Part shown: piece after piece, positions 47,195-58,694 of the stretch
Position numbering within the stretch: position 1 is the stretch's first letter
Layout: each line of letters opens with the position of its first letter
Origin: Octopus vulgaris
Taxonomy: Eukaryota
Assembly (NCBI GenBank): GCA_951406725.2
Contig: OX597825.1
Span: 45,508,001 to 45,572,000 of the forward strand
Direction: 5' to 3'
Length of the DNA: 64,000 nt
Translations under genes and position numbers: made by a program
The notes under the pieces: model-generated
Database searches by the model: none
Seen by the model: the letters and a program-made list of their open reading frames with translations, nothing else
What the model was told of the DNA's origin: nothing

Positions 47195-48267
47195 GAGTTA
47201 GAGTATGAATAAAGGGAGAGAAATAGGTATCTTGCATAGAGGAGTTACATGGTGACATCAGTTGTAGACAGAGAGATTGTGAAAATGTGATGAAGAGTAC
47301 ACTTAAGTGACAGGAAGGTGTATATAAGTGAAACCAAAGATTGGATAGTGTGAGTGGATGGGTAAGTTCACATGCTTGCTAAGGGGAGTGGGAGATGGAG
47401 GAAGGGAATAGAGTGGACATAAGTGGAGGGAAGGGGTGTTATGTTGTGGAGAGATTTAACAGGGACCCGTTATGTACAGGTACATTTATGAGGGTACAAT
47501 AGGAGAGCAGGAGATAGAGAAGAGGGGAATAATGCAAACTGTGAACACTAGTGGAGGAAGGAAGAATTGTTAGAAATATGGGTGGTTGGGGAGAGGTTTG
47601 TCAAGAGCAGATTGTGTGCATAAAGGACACGCCTATATGGCCTTGATTTTCCTTAGCTGGACAGGTCTTCTGTAGCACAACAAAGCACCAATCATCTCAG
47701 TCCTCTGTCACCGTCTCTGTGAGGATCGTTTTTCACCACTTTGTACACACCTTCTTATGTCTTCTTTTTCTACAGGTTAACACTTGATGCCTCTTATACC
47801 CAAATGCTTTCTCTCAACACATTTACAACTTGCCATACATGCACACTACATTGCACATCCAATGGAACATGCCAACGTAATTTCTCACCATTTTAGAGCA
47901 ATGTGTACAAGACATTGGGCAGAATAGGTTATAGAAAATTAATCTAGAGAAGGATTTCTTTTTGTGTTGAGTTGAGATGAGGAATGATGACGAGTTAATG
48001 TAATTGATCAAAGAGTTTATTGGACATTTGATTTAAAGTTAAATGAGGTTTTTGATTAAGTAGAAAATTAGTTTGTGGAAAAAGAGATAAATCAGAAATT
48101 AACGTAAAAGGTTAATGAGACAGCTGCTCAGACTGACAAAAGATTCAAATTCTGTAACTGAATGGAGTGGAAAATCCAAGAGAGTTGTGGGTGTTGAAAT
48201 TGACAAAAGCAATAAATCCAGACCAAGGAAAGTTGTAGTGAATTTTTCTTGAGAACATATTCAGTTA

Positions 48268-49115
48268 TTGAGAGGTAATATTTATCCCTACTTAAACATG
48301 GATGTTCTATTAGAACTTTACTATGGTAAATACCATGAGAGAAACTCCCATATGGGCTTTTGGTACAAAATGCACATTTGTTTATATCACTAGCAGGGAG
48401 ATACATCTTCACCATCTCCAGTGCCAAAACCACTAGTTCATGTGATTTCAACCTTCCTTGGTTTTGTTAATGACGAACGCTCAGCTGCTTGAGATAGCAG
48501 CAACCCATCTCTCCACTAGTGATATATAGAAAATCAGTGCCAGGAGAGGCACTGGTGTTGCAATTAGCCAGTGAACTTGTTGAAAAATATATATATTAGT
48601 GGCTGAAGCAGTATTAATACTGAGAGGTAATATTTATCCCCCCCACATCACCAATACCTATCCTGGCACTGATTTTCTATATGTCGCTGGCCACAGTATA
48701 GTTTGTTCTAACAGAACATCCACATTTAAGTGGGGAATAAATATTACCTCTCAGTATTAATACTGCATCTGTCACTAATGTATACTTTTTAAGCTCACTG
48801 GCTAATTGCAACACCAGTGCCTGTGCTGGCACTGATTTTCTATATATTGCTGGCAAGGAGATGAGTTGCTGCTATCTCTGGCGGTCAAGCATCCATCATT
48901 GATGAGATCAAGGGAGGTTGAAATCATGTGATCTTGTGGTCTTGGTGCTGGTGATGGCAAAGATTTATCTCCCTGCTATCAATATAAACAAGTGTGCATT
49001 TTGCACCAAAAGCCTATATGTGAGTTTCTCTCATGGTACTTACTGCAGCAAAGTTTGTTCCAACAGAATATCCATGTTTAAGTGGAGATAGGTATTACCT
49101 CTCAGTATTAATACT
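48268..49115. repeat. Diverged inverted pair of ~355-400-bp units
   Basis: 48268-48640 is the approximate reverse complement of 48730-49103; each unit restarts at gagaggtaatatttatcc. Confidence 0.85.
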
Positions 49116-49183
49116 AATATATATATTCAGTTATATGTATATTGTTTGATACTATTGACTTTTATTATTATTTCTTTTATCAG

Positions 49184-49233
49184 ACAAGGGAAATCTATTA
49201 ACACCCAACCAACGGAGAAAATATGCAGAAAAG
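49184..49233 (+). CDS. AAGAB: Internal 50-nt exon, probably alpha/gamma-adaptin-binding protein p34
   Basis: Acceptor tttcttttatcAG and donor AAG|GTCAGT. Translation (D)KGNLLTPNQRRKYAEK aligns without gaps to human DKAATLPHEQRKVHAEK (recalled from memory, not searched), with the phases I recall for that exon. Confidence 0.72.
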
Positions 49234-49334
49234 GTCAGTAAGTATTTAAAATTATATTCATATAGTTTAAAATTAATGCACTCATGTACAGTGCCAAATG
49301 ACAAAATGCCTTGTAATATTTTGCTACAGCCCTT

Positions 49335-49480
49335 GATGTTCTTAGTTCAAATTCCGTTGTGGTCAACTTTACTTTTCATTATTCTTGGTTCAATAAAGTA
49401 AACTACCAGTTAATACTGGATTCAATTTAATCTGCTCTACCTTCCCCCAAATTGTGTGATTTTGTATTAATGTTAAGAAT
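49335..49480 (+). mobile_element. Degenerate tRNA-SINE (second partial copy at ~49510-49590)
   Basis: B-box-like agttcaaattcc followed by gtcaactttacttttcat...taccagt..tactgg. Confidence 0.5.
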
Positions 49481-49791
49481 TAGTATTTAGTTATATCCTT
49501 CTGTGTTTTAAGTTCAGATTCCACCAGATTCAACTTTACTCTTCATTATGAATCAATTTAGTACAAATATGAATCAGTTAAGTACTGGTATCAACTGTTA
49601 TTCACTAATATTTATGTCTAAGTTAAAAATTATATGTTGCACACTAGAGTATTTTTTTAGATGGTACAGCCAGCATGCATACAGTTAAACGACTTCAAAG
49701 AAAAAGTTGTCTACCCAGTTAAATTCACCTTGCATTGGTCCACCATCAAGTTGTAACACTTCATTTTCTCCATCACAACTAGATGTGTTAA

Positions 49792-52620
49792 CCCTTTAAT
49801 GTTCAGATTAATCTGTCAAATGTAATGCTTATTTGTTTACATTATTTTGAATTATTCAAGCTCAAAAGGAGTGACCACAATATTTGCTTGTAACATTGTT
49901 AATTTTTTACATACAGATTTGAAATTTTACCAGTGGTTTGTAGTTATGTCATTTTAGCTGATCTTTCTGATTAAATTTGACTTTTATGGGCAGGTAAATT
50001 TAATTAACAGGTGTAAAAGCAATAATATTAGGGATATACACTAAAACTGAAATTCTTAATGCATCTTACCTGTTTGATTTGTTACCAAAAGTGTCCCAGA
50101 TGTCAATTGCCAACAATTTTGCCACTTTTCAAGATGAGGTACATTTGAATTAATTAAAATAAAGGTATAATTAGTACAAGATTTTATTCTTTCTCTGTAT
50201 TTCATCCAAACATTTTCATTGAAAATAAAGTAAAAAAACTCTTTTACTAGTCAATATACCATTGCCTATGTACTCTTATACAATTTAATGAATACATTTA
50301 CATAACAGAATGCATCTAATAAAAAAAAGCTCATTAACAGGTGAGACAAAAGTGAATACATGTGTGTAACATACTGAAAATTTATATGTAATTCTCACTT
50401 TTACATATTATTTGTAATAAAATGAAAGGAATATATGATAGTATTACTATCAAGCAACAAAATATAGTTATGCCATATTTCTATCATGAAACTGTCCAGA
50501 GTATCCTTTACACAAGGGCACTTTGCAAAATGAACACATATATGAGGTCTTGACCTGATATCCTTTCACAGTTTTTTTTTGCAGTGAACACAAATTAGAA
50601 ACTTTTTTCCCTTCCATTTATTTTTTTCCACTTTATGGAAGTCAATATTTTCTCTTTTGACACCCATCTCAATTAATTTTGCTTTTCTCCCAGTTCTGTG
50701 CTTTCTGGAAGACAAGCCCTCACATAACTGAGATGCAATGTCAACCCAAAATTTCAAATGGGCATAGTCACTTGGTGGTGGAGGTACCTTGTGGCTTTTT
50801 ACATAAACAATATATGAATTAACTATAGTTAAACATAATGCTGGAGATACATGGATCACCATACCTTATATCAAAACTCCAGTAGTTCCATAGCTGAAGA
50901 AGCTGCTTGATACTGTAGGGATATATACGACCATACGTAAGGAGTTGGTGACAAATGTCTCCTTTTGTATGCCGCACGGTCGTCCCTAGCAAAATAAGAG
51001 AGCTATTTACATGACATAAAATACAGTGCCAAAAGGAATAAATGAGGACAACAAACTGTTCTACTGTTTGGGAGAGAAGACTTTATTTGCAATGGGTACA
51101 AAGAGAAAGTGTGTGAGTGCTAGCGAAGTGTTGTGTCTGAATGAGTGCGACAAGTATTTGTTTGTGTGTGTTCGTGTGTGCAGTAGAAAGTACAGACAAA
51201 AGTGAATGTGTATAACAGAAATACAGAATACAAAGCATAAGATACGTCTCAGCATATTGAGTAAGATAGAGTTAGTTTACCAGTTCTTGAGGTACACAAT
51301 AGTAAGAGTTCTATAACAAGAGCCAGTTACTACCCGTGTAGAAGTTGTGGCTATCATGCCGTGCCGAGTCTCTTGATATAGATAGGTAGACTGCAACTGT
51401 TTTCCTCTCAGTGAAAGATTCACACAAACAGCGTAGAGTTAAACTGGTCAATGTTGATGTGTACATGTTGAAGTCGACGGAGATAGAGACGACAATGGTG
51501 ATGACAGCAGCAGAGAGGGAGAACGTCCTGTCTGTTGCGGGTGTACAATAGCGTTTTCATAGCTGGAGCAGTAACATGGCTGGCAGGCTGGTCGTCTGTC
51601 GCTGGAACTGGAACATGGCTGAGTAGCTCTGTGGTCAGTGACTAGACCTTAAAAGGTCTAAAGCCGAAAGACGAAGAATAGTGAAAACAAGCTTATTTAT
51701 TGCCCGTGGTAGGCTCAACTGAAGCAGGCCTTATTCGAAGGCCGTGATTGGTTAGCTTTACATACTGGCGCGAAATAAGTAGGGAGACAGACCGAGCTAG
51801 ATGCTAACCAATCAGATCAGTGCACACAACAGGGTCAAACTAGCCAAAGATGGTTGTAATCTCAAACGAGATCATTCTTATTATATCTCTCAAAGAGTGA
51901 GGATATCAATATCGCTACAATACCAAACATGTTTATAGTAAAAGAAGCTCACATTTCTGCAATATCAGTTGGCTGTTATAGTGGATCGGGTCTTCCACAA
52001 ATAGAAATTATGCATTGAACGTATTTATTTGTTTCTTCTGTGACAGTTTCAAAAGAACTTTTTGGTAAAAATAAAAATAAATAGTCCAATGGTTGAGCAT
52101 CAGCAGGTAGACTCTGTTGTGGATTAGTCTTTTCTGTAAAATCAGTAATTGTGGTTGATGCTGTAATCTTCAACCATGTTGCCATAATGTTTCCAATATC
52201 ATTTATCACTTTCATTATCAAAATCTTCCTCATCCGACAAAGATTCATGAATATCAATATCAGATTCATCCAAAGACAAAACACTATTGTTTTCATTTAT
52301 ATTTTGTACATCAAGAGTAAAACCTTCGAAGTCAGAATCACTACTTGCTGATGCCATATCGTTAAAAATTAAAATAAACACTTCTCTTCAAATGTTGAAA
52401 AAATCAAGAAGTCTCAAAAATTTCATTGTATTTTTACTTGAATAAATGCAGGAAAGGCTTTATCTCACATTATCTCCACGCTATGAGAATTCAATAATGT
52501 GATTTGTTTATTTTTTTAGCAATTTCATAGAGTTAATCAGATATGACCGGATTTCGCCAATTCAAACAAATAAAGGGGAATAATTTTTGGATGGTTTTGG
52601 CCAGTCAGAATATTAAAGGG
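49792..52620 (-). mobile_element. Internally deleted piggyBac element
   Basis: TTAA|CCCTTTAATGTTC ... GAATATTAAAGGG|TTAA; acidic N-terminus MASASSDSDFEGF, PLDYLFLF..ETNKY, and a Cys-rich C-terminus near 50500-50600. Confidence 0.88.
50914..51919. mobile_element. Solo LTR (Gypsy-type) nested in the piggyBac element
   Basis: TGTAGGGATAT...ATATCGCTACA termini with a 4-bp TSD (ATAC) on both sides. Confidence 0.85.
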
Positions 52621-53259
52621 TTAAACAATATACTGCTTACAGAGTATAGTCCAGTAATATTTGGTTGGAGCTAGAGATTTTTATGTTTGTCTGTCAACAG
52701 CCATTCAATAGGGAAGTAAGAATGTAACTATTTATCTTTAAGAGAGACTGAGCTAGGCAAATTATACAGGCCAAAATAAATTTTAAGATGGTGGATCCAT
52801 AGAATTTCATTGTTTGGGGGGTTTTTTTTCAATAAAACAGCTTGAATCCATAGAATTTCATTGTTTTGAGTTGTTTTTTTTTTTTCAATAAAACAGTTTA
52901 TGAGGAATATGTCATAGCATACATAGAAATTGGTTTTCCTCCAAAACCAGAATATTTTCTTAAAATTCTACTGTAAAACTAGTAAAAATCTTAAAATTTC
53001 TACGGACAAATTACATCATTGTTTATGCCTAATTTCCCATGAATTTGTACTTGGATGATTTTCTTGAGTGCTGAAATTCAGGAAGATCATGAGCCTAATT
53101 CTCCTGTCGTGTGCAAGTCCCATTTGCCTTGATACCTTTGTTCCATTGATTTTATGTCCTGAAGTGTTCTGGATTACTAGACAGTGAGAATCAAGATATT
53201 GTAGGAGAGAAGTGTGTGCAGATGGATAATGGTATGCTTCCAAGAAAACAAACAGGACC

Positions 53260-54330
53260 CTGCCCCCTTCAGGTAGGTGGCCCTGTTCAGTTTGTAGGAA
53301 AGATGTAGGCAGGAACTCCATATGGTGTACCCACTGTAAGCTATAGATACACAAGAGGTGCAGTAGATTAATAGGACGATTATCAGAGAAGGTAGTGTTC
53401 ATATATGGAAGATGCACAGGATCCATAAAAACTATAGAGGCTAGGGAAATTGATTCTCTCAAATGCCCTGGTGGTTCATTAGAGGTAGTAAATAATTTCT
53501 GCTATGTAGGGGACCAAATTAGTAGTGGGGGACAATGCACATAGAATATGATAACTAGAATAAGAATAGGCTGAACAAAATTCAGTGAGCTGTTATCTCT
53601 GTTGGTTACAAAATGTTCCTCTCTCTGAGTGAAAGGAAGACTGTATGATGCAATTCTACATGGTAGTGAGATGTGGGCCCTGAATGCAGAGAACATGCAA
53701 AGGTTGGAGAGGAATGAGGCTGGTATGGTCCACTGGATGTGTAATGTAAGTGTACATGTTTGACGAGTGCTAGTGTATTGAGAGAGAAGTTAGGCATAAG
53801 AGGAATTAGAGGCAGTGTATAAGAGAGAAAACTGCACTGGTTTGGTCATGTGATGCAGATAGATACTAACAATTCCATAAAGAAGTGCTGATCTCTCAAA
53901 ATAAATGGAACATGTAGAAGTGGGTGAGCCAGGAAGACATGGGATGAAGTACTGAAGAATGACCTCAGGACACTGAACCTTTCAGGCAAGATGACGAAGG
54001 ACTGAGATACCTTCTCAAGAAAACCCGTACTCCACAGCAGAAGACTGTCTGCTCCCCTAGTGAAGAGGATTGATCTGGAAGAATCCTGTGCCAGTGCTAC
54101 TTAAAAAGTACTTTTTGTGGTGCCACATAAAATCACCATGGGTGCAGTGCCATGTAGAAGCACCTAGCACACTCTGTAAAGTGGTTGGTGTTAAGAAGGG
54201 CATCCAGCTGTAGAAACCATGCCAAATCAGACTGGAGCCTAGTGCAGCTCTCCAGCTTGCCAGCTCTGGGCAAACCATTATCTATGCCAGCATGAACAAC
54301 AGATGTTAAATGATGATGATGATGATTATG
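53260..54330 (+). mobile_element. Old RTE LINE copy with (GAT)n tail
   Basis: Degenerate homology to 43575-44578. Confidence 0.75.
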
Positions 54331-54364
54331 ATGGTGGTGGTGGTGGTGGTGGTGGTGGTGGAAA

Positions 54365-55010
54365 CATTCTGCCTATTCATCACTTGTGTCACCAAGATTT
54401 TAAAGAAATTTATCAATGTGACTGTGGAGATAGTGCATCTTTATGCTCACATTTGGTCCCGACATTTGAAAGCTCTCCAGCATGTTGTGGACTATTTTGA
54501 CATAGTTGGCTGCTTTCTTGTTGCTCAGAAAGTCATTTACAAAGTTTCCATCTTTCATCAGTTTTCTGATTTGAAGCCCATCAAATACTTCAGCTTCTGT
54601 CATTTCACTGCTCATACCAGGAAACATGCTGTAAATAATATGAAAGCATGGGCTGTCTTTATCCAGAGCTTTAACAAATTGCTTCATAATGCCAAGTTTG
54701 ATATGGAGTGGAGGTGTTTTTTCCTGTTTTAACTCTTCAACCATATTAAAAAAACTCTGGAACTCATTTTTGCTGCATCCAGTCTTTGCTCACTCAATGT
54801 TTTTTCATGAATATGCTGTCCAACATACATAAAAAGCATGTATATTTGGTGTATCTGCTTTGTTGCCCCAGGAGAAAATTGACCATCTTAGAATTCACAC
54901 ATATCACACATAGATAATTGGGGTTTGGTTATCTTGAAATCTAGACTCAATGGTAAAAAATGGATTCGGTTTTTGAATTCAGCATATCAAAAACCTTTCA
55001 AATAAGGTGA
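54365..55010 (-). mobile_element. DNA transposase fragment, Chapaev3/CMC-like
   Basis: KMVNFLLGQQSRYTKY.CFLC..DS and PPLHIKLGIMKQFVKAL...FDG.QIRKL. Family assignment is from memory. Confidence 0.6.
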
Positions 55011-55329
55011 AAACATCCTAACAAAATACCCTTCTTAGGGACATAACACAATTATTTTTCTTGGCCTACAAAATATATTGTACCTTATGATGTTTTTTTT
55101 TATGACTTTGTCTAGAGGAAGGCATGACCATTGCAGGTCTTTGATAACTGGTAAGATAATACAGTTAATGCTCAATTTGAACATCTTTGTGTCAACATTT
55201 TCATGCTGAATAAATATGGGCAGGAAGAATTTAATGTGGGGCTTGCAGGGAAACAAGTGGGTCAGTGATATACTACTAACTAGTTCAGATGATGATATAC
55301 CTTTCTGATAGTCATAGAATTATTTCTTG

Positions 55330-56790
55330 GCAATATGCAGTGATGGAGAAGACCAGTCAAGCCAAATAAAATCGTAGTCATGGCAGATGTTTGTGTTACA
55401 CAATTGGCACCTGTGCCAATGGCACATAAAAAGCACCATTTGAGTGTTAGTGGTCGGCCTCGCTTGTGTCACGTAACTAGCACCTGTGCCAGTGGCACAT
55501 AAAAGACAATAACAAATGACCAAAACCCTTGGTGATATGCCATACTTCAGAAGACCCATCAAGCCAAGTGAAATCATAGTCATGGCAGATACTGGTGTCA
55601 TGCAACTGGTACCCGTGCTGGTGGCATGTAAAAGCACCCATTACACTCTCAGAGTGGTTGGTGTTAGGAAGGACATCCAGCCATAGGAACCATGCCAAAT
55701 CAGACTGGAGTCTGGCACAGCCCTTCAGCTTGCCAGCCCTGTTCAAACTGTCCAACCCATGCTAGCATGGACAACAGACATTAAATGATTTCAGGAGAAT
55801 GAGAGTTAGAGGCAGGGAGATGTAACAAGTGAGCACTATTAGAGGAAGGGGGTATTAGTAGGATGTGTTGTGGAGAAGGGATTTAAGAGACATTGTGTGA
55901 AGGTAGGTAGGTACCTGAGGGAAAATGGAGGGAGGAGGTAACAGCAGTGTTGAGTATAGGTGGGTTGTAGGGGAGGAGTGCATGGACAGGGATTTTACTT
56001 AGCTGGGCAAGCACTGCAAATTGCCAGTTGTCTTAGTCTTTTGTCACCTCCTCTGTGAGGCTCAACATCTGAAGATCATTTTTCATGACTCCATCCCACA
56101 CCTTCCTGGGTGTTCCTCTTTTACAGGTCCTTTCTACATTTAGAGATCAGTACTTCTTTATGCAGCTGTCTTCATCTATATGCATCATATTGCACATCCA
56201 CTGGAGTTTGCTAATTTCATTTCTTTTGCATGTCCTCAGCAGTCCCAGCCCATGTTTCACTGCCATGTAGTATGTCCATACACAGGCATCATAGTCTGCC
56301 TTTCATTCTCAGGGAGAGGCCTTTTGTTACCAAGAAAGATAATAGCTCTCTGAACTTTGCTCAACTGATTCTTATTCTAGCAACTACACTTTCAGAGCAA
56401 CTTCTACTGCCTAAGAAGGGGCTGAGAACTGATCCTTGGTGAACTCCTACCTGCACACTAAATGTCACTGCTCATTGCCAGCTTTCACCTTACTGACAGC
56501 ATCCCTGTACATGGTTTGGACAGCTCTCACCAACCACTCATCTAACCTTCTGTATTGACTACCATATAAAAAAATGAGGGACATTGTCAAATGAGGGACC
56601 ATGTTGACAAATGCAATTTATTTTTTGCTAAGTGCTTCTCCTACAATTGCCTCACTACCTCATCAGTAGTGCTTCTTCCTGGCACAAAACCAAAATGCAT
56701 CTCCTCTAGTTTCACTCTTTCCCTAATTAGTTGAGCTTTGACCTTTTCTGTAACTTTCATGACATAGTCCAACATTTTGATACCTCTGTA
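55330..56790. mobile_element. Old RTE fragments (3' UTR on + at 55330-55790; RT remnant on - at 56000-56790)
   Basis: Homology to 44117-44578 and to 36770-37890. Confidence 0.65.
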
Positions 56791-56795
56791 ATTAC

Positions 56796-57056
56796 TACAA
56801 TGGACAGATAGGTGTCCTCATCTTTGTTGTAGTTTCAATTGATGTACTCTCCATCCTTCATCAGGTGTTCTGGTGGAATTTTGAACCCAACCCTTTATTT
56901 GACTAATGGGGTACACTGTTCTCATTTCCACCAGAACACCTGATGAAGGTTGGAGAGTACATCAGCCAAAATTTTGTGATAAAATCAAACAAGATGAGGA
57001 CACCTATCTATCCATTGTAAATAATGTATATAATTCCTCATCTCAAAAATATAGAA
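56796..57056. mobile_element. Small palindromic element with two divergent hammerhead-like motifs, inserted in an RTE remnant
   Basis: Arms 56796-56880 and 56925-57019; CTGATGA at 56940 (+) and at 56858-56864 (-). Confidence 0.7.
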
Positions 57057-57129
57057 TAGCATCACCTTTCCCAGTCTTCATTATCCTCTCACCTTACAAG
57101 TAAATTGAAATTACAGGTAAATTAAATAA

Positions 57130-57800
57130 AAGATCATGGAAACTTGTAAAGCATTCCAGTCTACATAATGCAACTTTACAGAATACACATTCGAAAGTCT
57201 GTTCACTAGGAACCTTATTTTTTCTGATGTTGGTATTTGTGGCACATTTTTTTCTGTTTTATGAAGACTAGCTGAATTCAGAGGTATAACAGTTATTTTT
57301 TATGGATAGCCTGCCCTCAATTGTGTTGTTGCATCTGCTTGGAACTGCAGATGGTCACATTGTTTTTGAGCCCCTCCACATTTGGTATGTGGTATAATTG
57401 CATTCACATTTACTATAAACTCACCTCACTTATTACTCATTCCATTGACAATCCCCATGCAACAGCTGTAATTGAGATTCACAAACTGTGCCATTTTCAT
57501 CCAGATGTAGTTGAGCATAAGTGAATAAAAATGTTATTTGCCTCTTATCTCTGTAGGCAGTCACTTGCAAATTTTCTTTCTGCTGTAGGATTATTTTAAC
57601 TTTCTTTTTTACTTTTGCTTTTTTTATATTCAATGGTGCCCTTTTCTATTTGAAGTCACTGTAAAACATGTTTATGATTCCTCAGCTTCTAAATTTAGTG
57701 CAAGCTTGACCAAAAATAATACATGGCCCTAGTTATGAAATGGAAGCAATAATTTCCACACTGTACCTTAGGTAATGCTAACTTACATTATTGTCTCTTT
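57130..57800 (-). mobile_element. Degenerate piggyBac transposase remnant
   Basis: TAYRDKRQITFL and C-terminal TFECVFCKVALCRLECFTSFH. Confidence 0.6.
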
Positions 57801-58694
57801 TACCCTGTATAAAAATTAAATTCACAGCAGTATCTTTTCTCTCTTTCTATTTATATTCTGCATAACAGTTTGTTTCTACAGTTATTATCTGAAGCAACTG
57901 GTGAAGAAAAAATGAGAAAAAATGGTCAATTGCACTTGACTCATTGAAAAGACAATGCCTGTGTCCTGTCTCTTTTAAAAAACAATTCTTAAATCACTGT
58001 TCATTATGTTTTTGATAGAAACTCCTCACTTTCATATTCATTACCAGAGCTGTTATCATAGTCACTGCTTTTGCTATCAGATATCAAAATATCTAATTCT
58101 CTTTCATACACATGGTAGTACTGGTTGCATATTTTGCCTGAATTTTCTGTCTTCTTTTGAAAACCCTTCAAGTTCTAAATCACTATCTGTGAATATAAAT
58201 TTTTTTTTTTCAGTTGTAAAATAATATGATAGTTAGGATGTAGAAAAGAAATATCCAAAAAGTCAAAAAGTACAAATATTGCACCAAAAGCATGTTGCTC
58301 ACTTTTGAGCAATTGCTTGTTTAGTGTAACCATGTTTTCACAGAACATAGTGATGAGATTTGTATTGAAATTCTTATTTAAGTCTGTGTTATGACAAGAA
58401 TCATGACACCCCTGTGAGAGTGGACTAGCTGAACTCATATAAGTCGTAATGTGTTTGACTGAGAGCGATAGATGAGAAATCGCAGGAAATTGAAAGGTAT
58501 TGTTCCTGAGTTCATGATGTCACAGGAAATTGTTGAGAAGTTGTTATAGTCGTTGAGAGTTGTTTGGGATTGGTTACAGTTGTTGGTAGAGTATTTGGGA
58601 GACAGTTGGTGTCTACCCCATTTGTTCTGTGGTACTATTATCACACTGTATTAGTGCACGACACCAAGGTGACATATACAGAAATCATGTTATA

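Noticed and set aside
50690-50720. AFW-coding stretch as the last AAGAB exon
   Set aside because: It lies antisense within the piggyBac remnant and lacks the expected following IGG/acidic residues.
54303-54732. Poly-D/G/M/V ORFs
   Set aside because: They derive from the (GAT)n/(GGT)n tail and the antisense strand of the transposase fragment.
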